From: Polaromonas sp.
GTDB taxonomy: Bacteria; Pseudomonadota; Gammaproteobacteria; Burkholderiales; Burkholderiaceae_C
Reading direction: 5' to 3'
Assembly: GCF_039932935.1 (NCBI RefSeq)
Contig: NZ_JBDTPB010000086.1
Location: 6,057 to 70,056, forward strand
Length of the DNA stretch: 64,000 nt
Shown: in pieces, positions 20,466-30,030 of the stretch
Layout: each line of letters opens with the position of its first letter
Numbering within the stretch: the first letter of the stretch is position 1
Program-made: the position numbers and the translations under genes
Notes under the pieces: model-generated
The model's input: only the letters and a program-made list of their open reading frames with translations
What the model was told of the DNA's origin: nothing
Database searches by the model: none

Positions 20466-21395
20466 TCACGGATACCACGCCGCCCCTGCTTCAAACTCCG
20501 CCTTAAACACCTCGGCCACCCAGTCGGCAAAGGCCCGCACCTTGGCCGTGAGGTGCCGGTTGCGCGGGTACATCACCACCATGGGCAGGTCTTCAGGTTG
20601 CCAGTCGGGCAGCACGCGTACCAGCGCCCCGCTTTTCAGCAGCGCGCAGGTGCGCTGGGTCAGCGGCGACTGCGCCAGGCCCAGGCCGGCCACCACCGCG
20701 CCTATGTAGCTGTCGGCGTCGTTGCAGGTCACCCAGTGCGGGCGGTGAATTTGCCGCGCCTCATCGCCTTTTGAAAATTCAAACGGAAATATCTTCCCCG
20801 TCTTGGCCGAATGAAAGTTCACGAAGCGGTGTTGCTCCAGGTCTTCCAGCGTGATGGGTGTGCCGTATTGCGCGAGGTAAGCGGGCGCGGCGCAGGTCAC
20901 AACCCTGAGCCGGCCCAGCGGCCGCGCCACCAGGGTTTCGTCGTGCAGCAGGCCGCCGCGTATCACGCAGTCCACGCCCTCGGCCACCAGGTCAACCGGC
21001 CTGTCGCTGCTGCCCAGTTCCAGCACCATGTCGGGGTAGCGTTTAAAAAATTGCGGCAGCGCCGGCGATATCACATGCCGCCCCACGGCGGCCGGCACAT
21101 CTACGCGCAGCCGCCCGGCCGGTGTGGCCACGGCGCGGCGCAGTGTGCTTTCCAGTTCGCCCATGTCCTGCACCATGGCCTGCGCGCGCTGGTGGTACAG
21201 CGTGCCGTCGTCTGTCAGGTTCAGCCGGCGCGTGGTGCGGTTGAGCAGGCGCACGCCCAGGTGCGCTTCAAGCTCCTGCACCAGCGTGGTCACCCTCGCC
21301 TTGGGCATGTGCAGCGCCGTGGCGGCGGCGGTAAAGCTGCCCAGCTCCACCACCCGGTTAAACACTTCCATCGCTCGGTAGCGGTCGACGCTCAT
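20466..21395 (-). CDS. LysR family regulator (CrgA-like)
   Basis: LGSFTAAA, LLNRTTRRLNLT and VDLVAEGVDCVIR. Confidence 0.94.
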   Translation of the reverse strand: MSVDRYRAMEVFNRVVELGSFTAAATALHMPKARVTTLVQELEAHLGVRLLNRTTRRLNLTDDGTLYHQRAQAMVQDMGELESTLRRAVATPAGRLRVDVPAAVGRHVISPALPQFFKRYPDMVLELGSSDRPVDLVAEGVDCVIRGGLLHDETLVARPLGRLRVVTCAAPAYLAQYGTPITLEDLEQHRFVNFHSAKTGKIFPFEFSKGDEARQIHRPHWVTCNDADSYIGAVVAGLGLAQSPLTQRTCALLKSGALVRVLPDWQPEDLPMVVMYPRNRHLTAKVRAFADWVAEVFKAEFEAGAAWYP

Positions 21396-21566
21396 CTGCT
21401 TTCACCCTTTTTGTTCTTTAAATAGATAACAGTCATTTCTAAACACGGCAGTTTATTCTTTTAATACAAACCAATACAGTCCTTCTACTGGCTCGCAAAC
21501 GCTCGCCACCCGTTTTCCCCAGCGGCTCACTTCTGCATTGATCCTGAGTTCACCGAAAGGCTCCCC

Positions 21567-22577
21567 ATGACCACCAAAATCCTCTCTTCCACCCGTTTGG
21601 GCTTTCGCGGCCCGCAATCTGTCTCGGCCATCAGCCTGGGCGCCATGGGTATGTCCGGCATGTACGGCGCCAATGACGAAGCGCAAAGCATCGCCACCAT
21701 TCACGCCGCGCTCGACGCCGGCGTAAACCTGATCGACACCGGCGACTTCTACGGCATGGGCCACAACGAGATGCTGATAGGCCGCGCGCTCAAAGGCCGC
21801 CGCGATGAAGCGCTCATCTCCGTCAAGTTCGGCGCGCTGCGCGACCCCAGCGCCGGCTGGACCGGCATCGACGGGCGGCCCGCTGCGGTCAAAAACTTTC
21901 TGGCCTACACCCTGCAGCGCTTGGGCACCGACCACATCGACATCTACCGCATCGCACGGCTTGATCCGAACGTGCCGATCGAAGACACGATAGGCGCCAT
22001 GGCCGACATGGTCAAAGCCGGCTTCGTGCGCCACATCGGCCTCAGTGAAGTCGGTGTCGAGACCATCAAGAAGGCGCACGCCGTGCACCCCATCAGTGAC
22101 CTGCAGATCGAGTATTCGCTCATCAGCCGCGGGCCCGAGACCGAGATCTTTCCGGTGCTCAAGCAACTCGGCATCGGCGTGACGGCCTACGGCGTGCTGT
22201 CGCGCGGGTTGTTGTCGGGCTCCAGGCCCACGGGCCCGGGTGATTTTCGCGCGCATCTGCCGCGCTTTACCGGTGACAACGCGGTGAAGAACCAGCAGCT
22301 TGTGGACGTGCTGCAGCAGCTGGCCGGCGGCCTGGGCGCTACCGCGTCACAGGTGGCGATTGCCTGGGTGCTCGCACGCGGCAAGGCGCTGGGCGTGGAC
22401 ATGGTGGCGCTGGTTGGCTCGCGCACGTTAAAGCAGCTGGACGAATCGCTGGGCGCACTCAAGCTGCAACTCGGCAGTGAAGACCTTCAGCGCATCGAAG
22501 CCGCGTTGCCAGCCGATGCGGTGGCCGGCACGCGTTATGACGCTCACCAGATGGGACACCTGGACAGCGAGAAGTAA
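21567..22577 (+). CDS. Aldo/keto reductase
   Basis: SLGAMGMS, IDTGDFYG and LQIEYSL; divergent from the LysR gene. Confidence 0.93.
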   Translation: MTTKILSSTRLGFRGPQSVSAISLGAMGMSGMYGANDEAQSIATIHAALDAGVNLIDTGDFYGMGHNEMLIGRALKGRRDEALISVKFGALRDPSAGWTGIDGRPAAVKNFLAYTLQRLGTDHIDIYRIARLDPNVPIEDTIGAMADMVKAGFVRHIGLSEVGVETIKKAHAVHPISDLQIEYSLISRGPETEIFPVLKQLGIGVTAYGVLSRGLLSGSRPTGPGDFRAHLPRFTGDNAVKNQQLVDVLQQLAGGLGATASQVAIAWVLARGKALGVDMVALVGSRTLKQLDESLGALKLQLGSEDLQRIEAALPADAVAGTRYDAHQMGHLDSEK

Positions 22578-22619
22578 GAGCAAGAAAGAAGAAGCAAGAA
22601 GAGGCGAGCCGCAAGCGCC

Positions 22620-23807
22620 CTAGATCACGTTCTTTTCAAGCAAGACGCGGCCTTCCACCAGCCGCGCGGCTGCCAGCGGCGACAAGTCCAGGCTGGTGTA
22701 GGCGCCGTCCACCATCCACTCGACCAGGCCGCGCCCCACGGCAGGTGACTGCTGCAGGCCGTGGCCGCTGAAGCCGTTGGCCAGCAGCAGGTTGGGCAGC
22801 TGCGGGTGCGGCCCCAGCAGTGCGTTGTGGTCGTGCGTGTTGTATTCGTAATAGCCGGCCCAGGCGCGCTGCATGCGCACCGCTTCAAAGCCCTGCACGC
22901 GGTTTGCCAGCGTCAGCCAGGCCTGGTCAAAGAGTTCGTAGTCAACGTCGAGCGGCGCGTCGTTGTCGTCTTGCGCCGGCGGCAGCCCGCAAATCCAGAT
23001 GTCGCCCTCGGGCCGAAACCATAAGCCGCTCGGGTCAATCACCAGTGGGCAGTCGGGCGTCTTGGCGGGGCTGGCAAACGCATACACGCAGCGCCTGCGG
23101 CCATATACCGGCAAGTCAAGCCCGGTGCCCGCCAGCAGCGGCCGTGCCCAGGCACCTGCCGCATTCACGGCCCAGTCGCAGGGCAGCTGCCCGCCGCCCT
23201 GCAGTGCCACCGCCTGCACGCGGCCCGCGCTGTGCACAAAGCCGGTCGCCTCGGCCTTCACGTACTGCACACCCAGGTTGCGCGCCTTTTGCTTGAAAGC
23301 CATCAGCAAGCCGTAGCCATCAAACCAGCCTTCACCCGTGAGACCCAGCGAGGCGAGCGCGAGGTCGTCTACCTGCAGCCACGGAAAGCGCTGTTGCAAC
23401 TGCGCAGGTGTCAGCAGTGCCACGTCGACACCCTGCGCGCGCTGCGTGGCGTGGTTCTCTTGCAAGGTGGCCGCACCGGCTTCAGTTGCCAGGTACAGGT
23501 AGCCGCGCTCCGTCAGGCCGATGTCGGGTAAATCGCCGTCAACAGCCAGGTGCTGATGAATGTTGCGCAAAAACTCAATGCCGAACTGCGACACCGCAAT
23601 GTTCACCGGCTGCGAAAACTGCTGGCGAATCGAGCTGGCCGACAGCGCTGAAGAAGCTTGCGTGTAGGTCGGGTCACGTTCGATGACGGTGATGCTGCCG
23701 CCAAAGCGCGGATGCGATGCGAGAAAGTAGGCAATGGCGCTGCCGATCACGCCGCCGCCGACGATGACGATTTGTTGTGAAGATGCTTTCGGAGTCATGC
23801 TGCTCAT
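22620..23807 (-). CDS. FAD-dependent oxidoreductase (DAO/sarcosine oxidase beta-like)
   Basis: IVGGGVIG FAD motif, SASSIRQQF and GFSGHGLQQSP. Start is 23807 or 23798. Confidence 0.92.
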   Translation of the reverse strand: MSSMTPKASSQQIVIVGGGVIGSAIAYFLASHPRFGGSITVIERDPTYTQASSALSASSIRQQFSQPVNIAVSQFGIEFLRNIHQHLAVDGDLPDIGLTERGYLYLATEAGAATLQENHATQRAQGVDVALLTPAQLQQRFPWLQVDDLALASLGLTGEGWFDGYGLLMAFKQKARNLGVQYVKAEATGFVHSAGRVQAVALQGGGQLPCDWAVNAAGAWARPLLAGTGLDLPVYGRRRCVYAFASPAKTPDCPLVIDPSGLWFRPEGDIWICGLPPAQDDNDAPLDVDYELFDQAWLTLANRVQGFEAVRMQRAWAGYYEYNTHDHNALLGPHPQLPNLLLANGFSGHGLQQSPAVGRGLVEWMVDGAYTSLDLSPLAAARLVEGRVLLEKNVI

Positions 23808-24011
23808 CCTACATGGGGCAGCACATCCACCTTCCGGCCGGTGCGCTGCATCACCATCAGGCCCCACGCTTGCTTTGCTGTTCGGTCGCATTGACCATTG
23901 ACAGCGCGAGGGGGTCGCATGGCGCCGGTGATTTGGCGGCTTGTTGTGTCGGTGCGTTCATCCAATATGATCGCGTACGTTTATCAACTCGCCGGCAACT
24001 CTTACTCTCAC

Positions 24012-24569
24012 ATGCACCACTTTATCCAGCGCCTCATCCTCTGCCTTGCTATCGCTTGTCTCGCGGGTTGTGCTGCGACTGTCACCCAGTCGCCGACGGC
24101 GTCCTCGACGGTTGCGACACCTCGAGCGCAAGCACCCTCCGGGGCGCTTGTCGCGGTCGTCACCGGCAATCAGGCCGCCCGAAGCAACACCGACTGGCAG
24201 TCGCTCCTGGATGATTGGCAAGAGTACTTGGCAGCGTCCGCTGAAACCGCGAAGGTGCCCTTCGTTTTTGTCGAGAATGAAAACACAATCCCTGCGAACG
24301 CATCAATCCTTATCCGGTTAACTGTTAACGACTTCAAATATGTGTCAACAGCCAAGCGGTACTTGTTGGGCGTGATGGTCGGAAACGCGTACATGGACGT
24401 TGACGCCGAGTACATCGATCTTCCTTCGAAAAAGCCTTTCGGCTCCAAGAAATTCAATACCTCCTCAAGCGCCTGGGAGGGGATATTCTCAGCCGTCACC
24501 CCCAAGCAGGTTCGAACGGTCTCAGAAGTGATTGTCAAAGAAGTGATCTCAACGGCACCCGCGAAGTAG
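24012..24569 (+). CDS. Hypothetical lipoprotein (DUF4410-like)
   Basis: Lipobox LAGC; RYLLGVMVGNAYMDVDAEYID pattern; lower-GC codon usage. Confidence 0.75.
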   Translation: MHHFIQRLILCLAIACLAGCAATVTQSPTASSTVATPRAQAPSGALVAVVTGNQAARSNTDWQSLLDDWQEYLAASAETAKVPFVFVENENTIPANASILIRLTVNDFKYVSTAKRYLLGVMVGNAYMDVDAEYIDLPSKKPFGSKKFNTSSSAWEGIFSAVTPKQVRTVSEVIVKEVISTAPAK

Positions 24570-24647
24570 TGCGCCTTAACATCGGTGGGGGCAAGGTGTA
24601 GCGGCAGGCTTAGCGTGTTTCATTTTTCTCCACTCAAACCACCTCCT

Positions 24648-24848
24648 ATGGAATCTCCCAAACCCAGAGTCGGTAAACCCATTACGCCTGAGCAGTTCGA
24701 CGAGCTCTCCGACGAGCAGCTGGTTCGGCTCGTGCCCAAGGCGTATCGCGAATTCTTCCCGGGCAAAGACTTTTGCGCGGATGGACACTTCTATCTTCAT
24801 GACGGAACGGCCTGGAGCTTTTACCGGGGTGATTTCCTCGACGAGTAG
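24648..24848 (+). CDS. Small hypothetical protein (66 aa)
   Basis: MESPKPRVGKPITPEQFDELSDEQL... is protein-like in composition and co-directional with the lipoprotein gene. Confidence 0.6.
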   Translation: MESPKPRVGKPITPEQFDELSDEQLVRLVPKAYREFFPGKDFCADGHFYLHDGTAWSFYRGDFLDE

Positions 24849-25095
24849 CAGTGCTTGCCCGTCGTCGTTCTACCCGGAGCAGCACCTCTCGGGGAGTCTT
24901 TTGAAAAATTAAAAAGTGGTTGAAAGAAATAGCACGTGCAGATTTGTCGCCGCACAGCGACAAACAATGTAAGGCGCTGGTGTGGTGTGCAACGGTATGT
25001 ATACCGGGTCAACACCCCCAAACCCAAGGCCGTTGAACAGGTGCTTCGTGATAACAACAATTTCCTCATCCATCCATTCTTTTCAAAGGACTCTC

Positions 25096-25590
25096 ATGAA
25101 CAAATTGCTCGCTACCCTTATTGCCACCCTGTTCGTCGGTGTGGCTTCTGCACAGGCACCTGCACCTGCCGAACCCGCCACCGGCGTCGTTCCCGCCAGC
25201 AAAGCGGAAGCCAAGGCTGACAAGGCTGTGACCGGCGCCCTGAAGAGCGAAGCCAAGGTAAATGCCAAGGCCGACGCAAAGGTGGAAAAGGCAGAAGCGA
25301 AAGCCGCTAAAAAGACCCGCAAGGCTGACGCCAAGGCCGACAAGGCCGCCGCCAAGGCAGAAGCCAAGGTTGAAAAGGCTGACCCTGAAGACAAAGCCAA
25401 GGCCACCGCCAAAGCTGAAAAAGCCACCACCAAGGCAGATGCCAAGGCAGCCGGTGTCGCCATCGACGCCAACGCCAAGGTTGACACCGTGAAGGCCAAG
25501 GCTGCTGCCGACAAGGCCAACGCCACCGTCGACACCAACGCCGTGAAAGCCGAAACCAAGGCTGACGTCAAAGCCGCAGGCACCAAGTAA
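25096..25590 (+). CDS. Secreted Ala/Lys-rich low-complexity protein
   Basis: Signal peptide MNKLLATLIATLFVGVASA; AKADAK/AKAEAK repeats; AAGGA RBS. Confidence 0.85.
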   Translation: MNKLLATLIATLFVGVASAQAPAPAEPATGVVPASKAEAKADKAVTGALKSEAKVNAKADAKVEKAEAKAAKKTRKADAKADKAAAKAEAKVEKADPEDKAKATAKAEKATTKADAKAAGVAIDANAKVDTVKAKAAADKANATVDTNAVKAETKADVKAAGTK

Positions 25591-25645
25591 ATTGCGATAG
25601 ATGAAGGAGGCTGGCCCGCAGGTCAGCTGACACCCTTACTCCCCC

Positions 25646-25674
25646 AAAAAGACAGGCCCTGCCTGTCTTTTTTT
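25646..25674. terminator. Bidirectional-type intrinsic terminator
   Basis: AAAAAGACAGGC-CCT-GCCTGTCTTTTTTT, a perfect 12-bp stem with A/T tails. Confidence 0.8.
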
Positions 25675-25809
25675 GTGTCTGCAGTGTTGGTGATTTGTGC
25701 GGGCCGGAACGGCGCTTGTCAGCGTATTCCCACCTTCCAAGGCTACTGTGGCCGTCACCCGGGCAACACCTCCGTCACGAGCATGGAGTTTTGACAACAG
25801 GAGATTTCC

Positions 25810-26694
25810 ATGCACATCATTCTTGGCGGAACAGGACACGTGGGTTCCGCGCTGGCCAAGCGCCTCATCGATGCGGGCGAGCCGGTCACCATCGTCACCC
25901 ACGACCCTCAAAAAGCGCGCCAAACCGGCACCGCGCGCACCACGGTGCCGCAGGGCGCCAAGGTGGCCCTGGCAGATGTCCGCGATGTAGTGGCGTTGCG
26001 TAAGGTGCTTCAGCAGGGCACGCGTCTTTTTCTGCTGAACCCGCCCGCCGCACCCGCTACCGACACCGATGCCGAAGAGAGCCTCACCGCAAAGTCCATC
26101 GTCGAAGCACTTGACGGCACGCGGCTGCAGAAGATCGTGGCCGAGTCCACCTATGGCGCACAGCCCGTCGACCGCGCCGGTGACCTGGGCATTCTGTACG
26201 ACCTTGAAAAAGCCCTGGAGACCCAGCCCGTGCCCTTCAGCGTCATACGCGCGGCCTATTACATGAGCAACTGGGACGCGGCCTTGGGCACGGCGCAAAA
26301 AGAAGGCGTGGTCGACTCCATGTACCCCGCTGACTTCAAACTGCCCATGGTGGCGCCGCAAGATCTGGGCGAATTCGCCGCACGGCTGATGACCCAGCCC
26401 GCGGGCAAAACAGGTGTGTATTACGTGGAGGGCCCTGAGCTCTACAGCGCCGCAGATGTGGCTGCGGCCTTCTCGGATGCCTTGGGCAAACCGGTGTCGG
26501 TGCGCGTTACCCCGCGCGACAAATGGGAGGAAGGCTATCAAGCCATCGGCTTTTCGCCGGCGGCCGCCAGGTCCTATGCCGCCATGACCGCCATCACGCT
26601 CGACAAGCATTACACCGTGCCCGACGCACCGGTGCGCGGCCACACCACACTGCGCGCCCATGTGCAGGCGCTGGCCGGCCGAAAAGACGCGTAG
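25810..26694 (+). CDS. NmrA family NAD(P)H-binding protein
   Basis: ILGGTGHVGS Rossmann motif, RAAYYMSNW and PMVAPQDLG. Confidence 0.9.
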   Translation: MHIILGGTGHVGSALAKRLIDAGEPVTIVTHDPQKARQTGTARTTVPQGAKVALADVRDVVALRKVLQQGTRLFLLNPPAAPATDTDAEESLTAKSIVEALDGTRLQKIVAESTYGAQPVDRAGDLGILYDLEKALETQPVPFSVIRAAYYMSNWDAALGTAQKEGVVDSMYPADFKLPMVAPQDLGEFAARLMTQPAGKTGVYYVEGPELYSAADVAAAFSDALGKPVSVRVTPRDKWEEGYQAIGFSPAAARSYAAMTAITLDKHYTVPDAPVRGHTTLRAHVQALAGRKDA

Positions 26695-26713
26695 CTGCCC
26701 GGCGCTAGCTGCG

Positions 26714-27283
26714 CTAGCTCACTGGCTTGTTGATAAACCCGATCACCAGCCCGCGTTCCGTCACGGTGATGCTGCCCGGCTGCACGCCCATGCTGTCGGG
26801 CAGCGCCAGCTCTTGCGGCTTGAAGGTGTGCAGCACCGCGCCCTGCAGTGCCTGCTCTGCCAGCTGCGGGCCGTAGCCTGACAGCAGCATCGACGCTTGC
26901 GGCGCCAGGCCGTCAAACTGCAGCGTGTTCACGCGCAGTGCGTGCGCACGCACGGTCATGTCGCTGGGTTCATAGCGCAGCGCAAAGTCCAGGTCAAAGG
27001 TGCCGGGGTAGGCGCGTCCCAGTGCGGGGCCTGCGGCTTCCACTGCCATCGTGGCACCCAGGCGGTTTTTCTCGGACAGCATGCGCAGTTGCGGCACTTC
27101 AACCTGCAGATCAACCAGGCCGTTGGCGCGCTTGCGCATGGGAAAACGCTTGGCAATTGCCTCTTGCAATTGCGCTGTGGTCACCGTGTAGCTGGGCTGG
27201 GCGTGCGCGCCAAACAGCGCCAGGTACGCGGCCCCGCCCAGGGCAAAACGTGTAGAGGTGGCAAGCAGCAGTCGTCGTTTCAT
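26714..27283 (-). CDS. DUF1439 (YceB-like) exported protein
   Basis: Signal peptide; YTVTTAQLQEAIAKRFP and DFALRYEP patterns. Confidence 0.8.
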   Translation of the reverse strand: MKRRLLLATSTRFALGGAAYLALFGAHAQPSYTVTTAQLQEAIAKRFPMRKRANGLVDLQVEVPQLRMLSEKNRLGATMAVEAAGPALGRAYPGTFDLDFALRYEPSDMTVRAHALRVNTLQFDGLAPQASMLLSGYGPQLAEQALQGAVLHTFKPQELALPDSMGVQPGSITVTERGLVIGFINKPVS

Positions 27284-27442
27284 TCTTGTCCTTTCAGACA
27301 TTTGAGGCTTTACCTGCATATTGCGTTTCAGTTTGCGCCGCACGTGTCATGCAATGGCCCGCATCGTGGTCAGCATTCCACGGATGGGGATGGGTTGCTG
27401 CCAACAACAGCGTATGGCCCTGACTCCTGTATGGTCGGTGCC

Positions 27443-27895
27443 ATGCGAATGTTCACCATCCTGCTCGCCGCCCTCTTGCTGCTGTCGGCCTCCCCACTGC
27501 TTTGCGCGCAACCTGCCACGCCCACGGCAAAGGGCGAGCGTGATGCGCTGGCCCTGGCCGTTCAGTCGCAGGGCGTTCTCAACGAATACGCGATTGGGGC
27601 CATGGAGCCGCAAGCCATGAAGTACGCCCAGCGACTGAGATTGACCCAGGCCGCGCTGGACGGTCAGCGCAAGCAGTGGCCCGCGGTGGCCAATGGGCCC
27701 GACCCGTGGGACAAATTTCGCCCCTGCAAAAATGCGCTTGAAAAAGCGTCTTATGTGGCCGGGCTTTCCGGCATGAAAGCCGTCAGCAAGCTCGACGACC
27801 AGGTGTTTCATGTTGAGAAAAGCAAGTTGCAGCAACTTCGCACTGAATGCGATGCCATCATCAAGCGCGAGAAGCCGGGCAGTGCAGACCGGTAG
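27443..27895 (+). CDS. Secreted hypothetical protein
   Basis: Signal peptide MRMFTILLAALLLLSASPLLCA; mature part predicted helical with two Cys. Confidence 0.7.
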   Translation: MRMFTILLAALLLLSASPLLCAQPATPTAKGERDALALAVQSQGVLNEYAIGAMEPQAMKYAQRLRLTQAALDGQRKQWPAVANGPDPWDKFRPCKNALEKASYVAGLSGMKAVSKLDDQVFHVEKSKLQQLRTECDAIIKREKPGSADR

Positions 27896-27916
27896 GCGCA
27901 GGCAAATTGTCTAGGT

Positions 27917-28168
27917 TCAGCGCCCCACCACCGACCAGCCCGCCTTCTGGTTGGTCTTGTCATTCTCATATTCCCAGGCCGTGCCGCAGCGGTCGCATTT
28001 GTAGCGGGTGATGGTGATGAGCCCGTGACGGCGCGTTTCATGGCGGGGGTCGCCCTGCACCAGCTCGGGGTGCCCCGGGGCTTTGCGCCAGTTGCGCTGA
28101 ATGCCGGCGCAGGAGTCGCAAAGCTCCATCTTTTTGAGTTCGGTGGCGCGGTTGGGGTCTTGGGTCAT
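27917..28168 (-). CDS. Small zinc-ribbon-like protein (83 aa)
   Basis: CDSC and CDRC pairs; likely ATG at 28168. Confidence 0.65.
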   Translation of the reverse strand: MTQDPNRATELKKMELCDSCAGIQRNWRKAPGHPELVQGDPRHETRRHGLITITRYKCDRCGTAWEYENDKTNQKAGWSVVGR

Positions 28169-28307
28169 GGTGATGCTTTTGAGGGGGCTTACTGCTGGGT
28201 GGGTGGGCGTAATTGTCGCTCCATGGGGTAACTTGCATGGTTCGGCGGTTTGGGCGAGCCACTTGAGCCGTATTGCGGGCATATTCACCGCACAAAATGC
28301 GGCGAAT

Positions 28308-29456
28308 ATGCTTCATAATCCCCGCATGGTCAGACCCCGCACCTCTCACGCGCCTCGCTACATCTGGCAGCTGCCCGACTGGCCGCAGTGGCACTTTGAC
28401 CTCGAATCTCTGGCAGCGCAGCTGGCCCAGGTGCACCGGGCGCAAGGCCAGCTCACGGGGCGCATGGCCGAACTGGGCCTGGCGGAGCGAGAGCAGGCCA
28501 CCCTGCAGGTACTGACCCAGGAGGTCATCAAAACCAGCGAGATTGAAGGCGAGCGGCTCAGCCTTGACGCAGTGCGCTCGTCCATCGCCCGCAGGCTGGG
28601 TTTGGACATCGGCGCTCTGGCCCCGAGCGACCGGCGTGTGGATGGTGTGGTGGATGTGGTGCTGGACGCCACGCGCAACTTTGATCAAGCGCTCACCCGC
28701 GAGCGCCTGTTTGGCTGGCATGCTGCCTTGTTTCCCACTGGCTATAGCGGCAGGGTACGCATTACCGTGGCCGCATGGCGCAACGACGCCAGTGGGCCCA
28801 TGCAAGTGGTATCCGGCCCCGTGGGCCGCGAGTGCGTGCACTTCCAGGCGCCCCCGGCCAACACCTTGCCTGCGCAAACCGAAACCTTCCTGCAGTGGTT
28901 CAACGCAGCACCGGCGGGCGACGCGCTCATCAAAGCTGGATTGGCCCACCTGTGGCTGGTGACACTGCACCCGTTTGACGATGGCAATGGCCGCATCAGC
29001 CGCGCCGTGGGCGATATGGCGCTGGCCCGCGCAGAAGGCACTGGCCGGCGCTTTTACAGCTTTAGCGCGCAGATACAGCGAGAGCGCAAAAACTACTACG
29101 ACCAGCTGGAAGCCACGCAAAAAGGCCCACTGGACGTTACGCCCTGGCTCAGCTGGTTTCTGGGTTGCCTGCTGCGCGCTGTGCAGGGTGCAGACATCAC
29201 ATTGGCCGGTGTGCTGGACAAGGCCCAGTTCTGGCAGCGCTGGGCGGGCACGCCCATGAACGAGCGCCAGACCAAAGTACTGAACCGCGTGTTGGACGAC
29301 TTTGAAGGCAAGCTCACCAATGCCAAGTGGGCTGCCATTGGCAAATGCTCCGCTGACACAGCGCTGCGCGATATCAACACCCTGCTGGCGCGCGGCGTGT
29401 TGCGCAGGCTGGAAGGCGGGGGGCGCAGCACGGGATACGAGCTGTCCGTCAAGTAA
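28308..29456 (+). CDS. Fic family AMP transferase with DUF4172 N-terminus
   Basis: YIWQLPDWPQW start, canonical HPFDDGNGRISR, inhibitory TSEIEG and C-terminal wHTH. Start is 28308 or 28326. Confidence 0.93.
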   Translation: MLHNPRMVRPRTSHAPRYIWQLPDWPQWHFDLESLAAQLAQVHRAQGQLTGRMAELGLAEREQATLQVLTQEVIKTSEIEGERLSLDAVRSSIARRLGLDIGALAPSDRRVDGVVDVVLDATRNFDQALTRERLFGWHAALFPTGYSGRVRITVAAWRNDASGPMQVVSGPVGRECVHFQAPPANTLPAQTETFLQWFNAAPAGDALIKAGLAHLWLVTLHPFDDGNGRISRAVGDMALARAEGTGRRFYSFSAQIQRERKNYYDQLEATQKGPLDVTPWLSWFLGCLLRAVQGADITLAGVLDKAQFWQRWAGTPMNERQTKVLNRVLDDFEGKLTNAKWAAIGKCSADTALRDINTLLARGVLRRLEGGGRSTGYELSVK

Positions 29457-29533
29457 CGCGGTCTGTCAGGCCTCAGCGTCAAACTTGAGCGGCAAGCCTT
29501 GCTGGGGGCAAACACCCCGCGCGAAACAGGGGC

Positions 29534-29564
29534 TTGACTTAGAGTGCGCTCGAAGTTTTACAGT
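29534..29564 (+). promoter_or_regulatory. MerR-type promoter/operator
   Basis: TTGACT-N19-TACAGT with dyad ACTTAGAGTG/CGCTCGAAGT (8 of 10 pairs). Confidence 0.75.
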
Positions 29565-29570
29565 CCACGC

Positions 29571-29978
29571 ATGACCACTGCAATCCCTGTTTCACCTACC
29601 GTCTCTTTAAGCATCGCCGACGCCGCGGAAGCGTCAGGGCTGAGCGCCTACACCCTGCGCTACTACGAGAAAATTGGCCTGATCGCCCCCATAGACAGGC
29701 GCAGCGGCGCGCGCCGCTACAGCGACGCCGACATGCGCTGGCTCGACTTCCTGGTGCGCCTGCGCGCCACGGGCATGTCGATGCGTGACATGCAGCGCTA
29801 CGCCCAGTTGCTGCGCAAAGGCAATACCGCGGGCAGCCTGACTGAACGCCAGGCCCTGCTGGAAGAACACGCCGCGCGCCTTGAGGCCGGCCTGCGCGCC
29901 CAGCGCGAAACCCTGCAATACATCCGCAAAAAGATCGGCCTGTACGAAGAGCAGCGCCGCGAACCCAGGCGCGCCTGA
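29571..29978 (+). CDS. MerR family regulator (NmlR/AdhR-like)
   Basis: [30 protein letters not shown] and [11 protein letters not shown]. Confidence 0.92.
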   Translation: MTTAIPVSPTVSLSIADAAEASGLSAYTLRYYEKIGLIAPIDRRSGARRYSDADMRWLDFLVRLRATGMSMRDMQRYAQLLRKGNTAGSLTERQALLEEHAARLEAGLRAQRETLQYIRKKIGLYEEQRREPRRA

Positions 29979-30030
29979 ATCACCCAAGCCCACTTCAATT
30001 TCACACACCACTCAAAGGACAAAGAACACC

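Noticed and set aside
22578-22620. Purine-rich AAGAA run between convergent genes
   Set aside because: Short, low complexity, no stem or repeat unit worth calling.
24570-24616. Possible integron attC site after the low-GC lipoprotein gene
   Set aside because: CCTTAAC...CTTAGCG does not fit RYYYAAC/GTTRRRY, the internal dyad is poor and no integrase is present.
25096-25590. Ala/Lys repeats read as TolA or a DNA repeat array
   Set aside because: Low-complexity coding sequence with a cleavable signal peptide; it lacks the TolA membrane anchor, C-terminal domain and tol-pal context.
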